The position numbers and the translations under genes were made by a program. This document shows positions 40,280-45,009 of a stretch of DNA of 45,009 nucleotides, one piece after another; positions within the stretch are counted from its first letter, which is position 1, and each line of letters starts with the position of its first letter. The stretch is from positions 1-45,009 of the forward strand of contig JAEDOP010000001.1 of NCBI GenBank assembly GCA_016301865.1, given 5' to 3'. This DNA is from Alphaproteobacteria bacterium. GTDB taxonomy: Bacteria; Pseudomonadota; Alphaproteobacteria; Rs-D84. Under the pieces are notes generated by a model. The model did no database searches, was not told the DNA's origin, and worked only from the letters and a program-made list of their open reading frames with translations.

Positions 40280-42759
40280 TGAATCCAATATACAAATTTC
40301 AATTGTCCGCCGATTCGGCAACGCAACGGGCGTTTCCGATTTATAAGGATGATTTGGCAAAGGATTTTGAAAAGGAATCCGGCGAAGAATTTTTCCGGGC
40401 CAAGTTGTCCGGAAATTTGACGTTTGAAAGCGACGATTATACGTTTATCGTTTCCAAAGCGTTTGACACGCAATTTGCATTAGAAATCTTTATATCATAC
40501 AATGCCGGTCAATCGTGGACATCATATTGGCGCGGGACCTTTTGGAAAACAGATTGCGACTTTGACGACGACGCAATGACGGTTTCCGTTAAACCAACCG
40601 TTTGGGACCAATACAACGATGTTTTGGCCGGGATGGATAAGGAATACAACCTTATCGAATTAGCCCCGGAAATCGCACCCGTAAAGGCCGATAAACGGCC
40701 AATGGTACAAGTTTATGTCCCGGGCCAATCCGTAATCGGTTGTTTCCTTTCCGGTATGTGGTGGGAACAGGAAGCCGAACCGGAAAGCGACAAAACGAAA
40801 TTGGTTAATGATTTCCATTTTTCGTTGAATAAGGTAATGACGGTTGCGGATGTTTCCGGCACGATGTCGCCACAATTGCCAACCGCGTTTACAAAGGAAT
40901 ATTCCGGGGATGATAGGTTTAACCCACAAACGACAGGAACAACAGAATTTACCGCATCTGGTTATAAATTGGTATATCTTTATGACACGGGTTCTGGTTA
41001 TTCTGTTTATAGTTGGACCGTTGTTCGGGTTTCCGATAATACTGCATTATGGCAATATGTAATGGGCAATCAATTCCCGCCGTCAAATTTCACGCAAATA
41101 ACATTAACCCCGATTTCCGGAAGCGGGGCGACGGGGAATGTAACATTAAATTTTCGTGATATACCCGTGTATTCCCGTTTCGTATGCGATACACCAACAA
41201 TCGTTATTGGCGGGTCAACGCTGAATACATACGAAATCCCGGCCGATGATATTGTGGAAAACAACCGCAATTATCATTACGTTATCGGTTATTATTTCCC
41301 GGAAACAATCATATTTTCAACCGCATTAGTATCAACCCCGACCCAATGGGGATTATATCAACCGGGCCAATACTATTTGAATCCGGCCGACATTTCAACG
41401 GCAGGATTGGGCGAAGCGTTCCCCGTTGCGCGTAATGCGTGGGGCCTTGTATCAATTTGGTATGCCTTTTCGTTGATTGATTGGGTTGTGGAATCATCGG
41501 CCCGGCAACCGTTCACGATTAGCCACGCATACCCGATTTCGTCGGTTATATCGGTATTGTTGGCCAAGATTGCGCCCGGCATAACCCACGCGGCAACCAC
41601 GGATTATTCCCAATTCCTTTATGGAACAAATCTTATTGGAATAACACAAACTTTGTTGATAACCCCGAAATCAAATTTGATTACGGCGGGTTATGACCAA
41701 CCGGCACAAAAGGCCCCGATTACGTTAAAGGATGTTTTGGATATGTTGCGCGATTGTTTCCGGTGTTATTGGTTTATAGACGAACAAAACCGTTTCCGGG
41801 TTGAACATATCCAATATTTCCGCAATGGCGGTTCGTATTCCGCTTCGCCTGTTGTGGGTATTGACTTGACAACACAAAAGGTTCCGCGCAATGGGAAAGA
41901 ATGGGCGTTTGCCCGGAACCAATATAAATTCGACAAACCAGAAATGGCGGCGCGTTATCAATTTGGTTGGATGGATGATGTTACACAATTGTTTGAGGGT
42001 TATCCGATTGATATTATTTCGAAATATGTGAATCCGGACAATATCGAACAAATTGATGTGTCAAAATTTACATCCGATATTGATTATATTTTGTTGAACC
42101 CGGGCGACATTTCAAAGGATGGTTTTGTTTTGATGTCTGGGCAAAGCGAAAATTATTTGTCCGAGACAATAGAAAAAAGTGGTACCCCGTCAAACGGAAT
42201 AGCGTTTGATGAATTTAGTTTATCCCAATTTAAGGGAAAGATGGTTACGGTACGGGTAAAAAGTACGTTGGCCGGGGTAAAACTTGCGCAATTTGACGGG
42301 GCCTTTGAATATGAAGATATTGGCATACTTGAACAGGCAAACACGGAATATTCATTTACTTTTGAAGCAAAGTATTTGATTGTTGGAATGTATGACGCAT
42401 CGGCAAATTTTGTTGGGTCATTGATTGCCGTTTATGCTGATATGTATAAATTGCCATATCTTAATTGTATTATTGATTCGAACGACCACTATTTGCAAAA
42501 CGCGTATGTTGCATTTTGCATATTACAACAGTATTACGCATTTGATATGCCTGCTTATCATTATGAAATTAATGGCAAACAGATGTACGCGTATGGCATC
42601 AAGAAATTAAAGAACCAAACGTTAAGATTTCCGGTTTTGAATGACCCGGATTTGGTACAATTAGTAAAAACGAATTTGGGGAATGGTACGATTGAAAAAT
42701 TGTCCGTAAATTTGTCAAGTCGGAACGCAAATGCAACATTAAAGTATGATACCGAATAA
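40279..42759 (+). CDS. Tail tip / baseplate structural protein (826 aa; distal-tail position)
   Basis: The start overlaps the tape measure stop (TAATG). Assigned by size and position. Confidence 0.5.
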   Translation: MNPIYKFQLSADSATQRAFPIYKDDLAKDFEKESGEEFFRAKLSGNLTFESDDYTFIVSKAFDTQFALEIFISYNAGQSWTSYWRGTFWKTDCDFDDDAMTVSVKPTVWDQYNDVLAGMDKEYNLIELAPEIAPVKADKRPMVQVYVPGQSVIGCFLSGMWWEQEAEPESDKTKLVNDFHFSLNKVMTVADVSGTMSPQLPTAFTKEYSGDDRFNPQTTGTTEFTASGYKLVYLYDTGSGYSVYSWTVVRVSDNTALWQYVMGNQFPPSNFTQITLTPISGSGATGNVTLNFRDIPVYSRFVCDTPTIVIGGSTLNTYEIPADDIVENNRNYHYVIGYYFPETIIFSTALVSTPTQWGLYQPGQYYLNPADISTAGLGEAFPVARNAWGLVSIWYAFSLIDWVVESSARQPFTISHAYPISSVISVLLAKIAPGITHAATTDYSQFLYGTNLIGITQTLLITPKSNLITAGYDQPAQKAPITLKDVLDMLRDCFRCYWFIDEQNRFRVEHIQYFRNGGSYSASPVVGIDLTTQKVPRNGKEWAFARNQYKFDKPEMAARYQFGWMDDVTQLFEGYPIDIISKYVNPDNIEQIDVSKFTSDIDYILLNPGDISKDGFVLMSGQSENYLSETIEKSGTPSNGIAFDEFSLSQFKGKMVTVRVKSTLAGVKLAQFDGAFEYEDIGILEQANTEYSFTFEAKYLIVGMYDASANFVGSLIAVYADMYKLPYLNCIIDSNDHYLQNAYVAFCILQQYYAFDMPAYHYEINGKQMYAYGIKKLKNQTLRFPVLNDPDLVQLVKTNLGNGTIEKLSVNLSSRNANATLKYDTE

Positions 42760-43609
42760 CAATTTATCCGTATTGCCTTGGTACACATCCATTGAGCAAC
42801 AGAATGCCCGGAAATGGTGGGTTTACAACAGGGTTTACCCGTTGTTTACCCCGGCAATGTTTATGTTGCCGTTCCAAATCTTGCGCACCCATTGGGACGG
42901 AACAACCATTTCGTCGTTCCGGGTTTATACCAAAACGGGCGTGTTGGTTGGGGACTTTACTCAAGCAATATTGGACGCCGGAATTACCATTAAACCGTTT
43001 ACATCGTTTGGGTATGATGTAATCGTGTTTGGCGGCCAAACGCCCGTGTTCACGCAATTCGCAAACGGCCAATATTACGCAACGATTTCGGACGGACTTC
43101 AAACGTGGTATTCCGAAATGTTTACGGTCGTAAATGATATTGAACCGTATTTGAAAATAGTTTGGTGGGATAATGAGGATTTCACGATGGACGCCGGAAC
43201 GATTGTGTACACAAACCCCGCGTTCAAGAACGTTTTGTATCTTCAAAGTGATTTGGCAAAACCTGAATATCAGTTTGAGGAAGAAGGCGAAACCCGGGAT
43301 GGTTACTTTTTCCCGACAAAACAGATTTCGGAAAAAAGATACCGTTTCAATTTCCTTGCGTCCGAATACCTGTTGGATGTTATGCGTTTTATCCGGATGG
43401 CCGATTTCGCGGAAATTGAATACCACGGCCAACGTTATAGTTTGGACACGTTCTTAATTACCCCGGAATGGGAAGATAACGGCGACGTTGCTGCGGTTGA
43501 AGCGGTTTTTGATACGGCAACAGTTGCGAAAAAAATCGGTTTGGGTTACATAAAAGCCCAACGCGGCAATTTCAACGACGATTTCAATAACGATTATAAT
43601 AACCAATAA
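42746..43609 (+). CDS. Tail tip / baseplate structural protein (287 aa)
   Basis: Overlaps the upstream gene and lies just upstream of the fibre gene. Confidence 0.5.
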   Translation: MIPNNNLSVLPWYTSIEQQNARKWWVYNRVYPLFTPAMFMLPFQILRTHWDGTTISSFRVYTKTGVLVGDFTQAILDAGITIKPFTSFGYDVIVFGGQTPVFTQFANGQYYATISDGLQTWYSEMFTVVNDIEPYLKIVWWDNEDFTMDAGTIVYTNPAFKNVLYLQSDLAKPEYQFEEEGETRDGYFFPTKQISEKRYRFNFLASEYLLDVMRFIRMADFAEIEYHGQRYSLDTFLITPEWEDNGDVAAVEAVFDTATVAKKIGLGYIKAQRGNFNDDFNNDYNNQ

Positions 43610-43620
43610 TACATTGAATT

Positions 43621-45009
43621 ATGGCAAATTATGAGACATTAAAGACGGCGATACAAAGTGTTGTTAAAACAAATGGCAACAACGAAATAACGGGCGCATT
43701 GCTTCAGCAAGCGTTGTTGGCAATGATAAATTCTTTGGGGTCCGGTTATCAGCTTGTCGGTGTGGCAACGCCGACAACAAATCCGGGCACTCCAGATGCC
43801 AAGGTATTTTATATAGCCAACGGCAAAGGAAGTTATGTCAACTTTAGTGGTCTTGAGGTAACGGAGAATGACGGATTAGTAATCTTCACATACGATAGCA
43901 AGTGGGTTAAGAATAATGTTGCTATTCCTACCAAGGAAGGAGGAACCGTAGAGGTATTGGCAGAGACAATGATAAATACTACATATTCGCAATTACGGAA
44001 TATGAGAAACAGTGGTACCCTTGTTCCCGGTATGCAATATCGTATTACGGACTATGCTTGCACCACAACCCAAGAAAATACTCAATCAGCAGGTCATCCA
44101 TTTGACATCATAGTAACTGCCGATAGCAAGAACACATTGAACGAGGTAGCAAGAGCCATTCAGCACGAAGGGGACACCTATTTCGCTGATTGTGACCTTT
44201 CCGCTTGGAAGATATGGTATTGCCTTGACAATGATGCTACAAAATTCGCTTGGGCAGATAGTACCAATGGCAAAGGTGTCATATATAGGATGATTGATGA
44301 ATGGAACAATGATGTGCCGTATGATTTCAAAAACATTCAGTTCGCAAGGGATTTGGCGGTTATCTCTCATAATAGCGCATTGACCGGGACTATCTATTGC
44401 TATACCTTTAGCATGTTCCTTGATGGCTTCAGTATGAATGCTACTGCAAGCGATGAAAGTGTTATAATAAAGCAACTTATTGCGAGTGTGGGATACGCAT
44501 TTTTTGGAAATAATAAAATAGAATCATATAGTTTCGGCGTATGTAGGCTTAATGATATAATATTCTTCACGGATAGTAAGAGTAAAATAGTCGGACATTT
44601 CTCCAACATCTTCGGAAGAAATTGCTCCTCCAATACCTTCGGTAATATTTGCGGTTCCAACACCTTCGGGGATAATTGCAGCGACAACATCTTCGGTAAT
44701 AGTTGCAACAACAACACCTTCGGTAATGGTTGCGGTTCCAACACCTTCGGGAATCAATACGAGAGAAACATCTTCGGAAAAAATTGCTCCTCCAACACCT
44801 TCGGTAATATTTGCGGTTCCAACACCTTCGGGGATAATTGCAGCGACAACATCTTCGGTAATAGTTGCAACAACAACACCTTCGGTAATGGTTGCGGTTC
44901 CAACACCTTCGGGAATAATTGCAGCGACAACATCTTCGGTAATAATTGCAGCAACAACACCTTCGGGGATAATTGCAGCGACAACATCTTCGGTAATAGT
45001 TGCAAAAAC
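43621..45009 (+). CDS. Tail fibre / receptor-binding protein, N-terminal part (3'-partial, runs off the window)
   Basis: Hand translation is open for 463 codons: MANYETLKTAIQSVVKTNGNNEITGALLQQALLAMINSLG... then a low-GC central domain, then 9-aa repeats from about 44602. It is absent from the ORF track because no stop codon is reached. Confidence 0.75.
   Translation, partial: MANYETLKTAIQSVVKTNGNNEITGALLQQALLAMINSLGSGYQLVGVATPTTNPGTPDAKVFYIANGKGSYVNFSGLEVTENDGLVIFTYDSKWVKNNVAIPTKEGGTVEVLAETMINTTYSQLRNMRNSGTLVPGMQYRITDYACTTTQENTQSAGHPFDIIVTADSKNTLNEVARAIQHEGDTYFADCDLSAWKIWYCLDNDATKFAWADSTNGKGVIYRMIDEWNNDVPYDFKNIQFARDLAVISHNSALTGTIYCYTFSMFLDGFSMNATASDESVIIKQLIASVGYAFFGNNKIESYSFGVCRLNDIIFFTDSKSKIVGHFSNIFGRNCSSNTFGNICGSNTFGDNCSDNIFGNSCNNNTFGNGCGSNTFGNQYERNIFGKNCSSNTFGNICGSNTFGDNCSDNIFGNSCNNNTFGNGCGSNTFGNNCSDNIFGNNCSNNTFGDNCSDNIFGNSCKN
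44602..45009 (+). repeat. 27-nt (9-aa) coding tandem repeats organised in a 162-nt higher-order repeat
   Basis: About 15 units N-x-F-G-x-x-C-x-x. The 162-nt super-units start at 44605 and 44767, and again at window position 68. Confidence 0.85.

Noticed and set aside
44602-45009. Regularly spaced direct repeats at both window ends, considered as a possible CRISPR array or DGR template/variable repeat.
   Set aside because: The units are contiguous 27-mers with no spacers, and they are in frame and coding. I found no cas gene or reverse transcriptase in the window, and no adenine-specific mismatch pattern between the copies.

Overview
The 45,009-nt window reads as an essentially complete genome of a tailed dsDNA phage. 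It looks siphovirus-like (1210-aa tape measure protein). The host is probably a Bacteroidota bacterium, because TTTG / TAnnTTTG promoter motifs precede A-rich leaders that lack Shine-Dalgarno sequences. Every convincing gene is on the + strand, tightly packed, and many start/stop codons overlap (ATGA). Gene order: tail-fibre 3' end (2-613); lysis cassette (667-2221); blocks of small early genes behind repeated promoter/leader cassettes (2.2-6.9 kb); a recombination/replication module (6.9-14.3 kb: PD-(D/E)XK exonuclease, stand-alone Spo11/TopoVI-A-like protein, HNH, replication initiator with internal iterons, RuvC-like resolvase, MazG); tRNA-Gln(TTG) and tRNA-Leu(CAA); SMC-like ATPase, DnaQ-like exonuclease, SSB, ASCH (15-23 kb); terS, GNAT, terL (23.5-27 kb); head genes (27-34 kb); tail genes including the tape measure (34-43.6 kb); and a tail-fibre gene that runs off the 3' end (43621-45009). 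I recognised no integrase, DNA polymerase, helicase, primase, CRISPR array or reverse transcriptase. Most notable observations: (1) an intein with Ala1 and a W-C-T triplet (class-3 type), carrying a LAGLIDADG endonuclease, splits the terL Walker A loop; (2) four copies of a promoter plus structured-leader cassette whose second hairpin stem covaries, plus two promoter-less copies of that hairpin; (3) a 295-aa Spo11/TopoVI-A-like protein coupled to an exonuclease; (4) a tail fibre built from at least 27 Cys-containing 9-aa repeats arranged in 162-nt higher-order repeats, which also explains why both window ends lie in the same gene; (5) several families of conserved intergenic boxes and hairpins; (6) an iteron plus AT-rich origin candidate inside the initiator gene. 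All functional calls rest on motifs read by eye. No database search was run.
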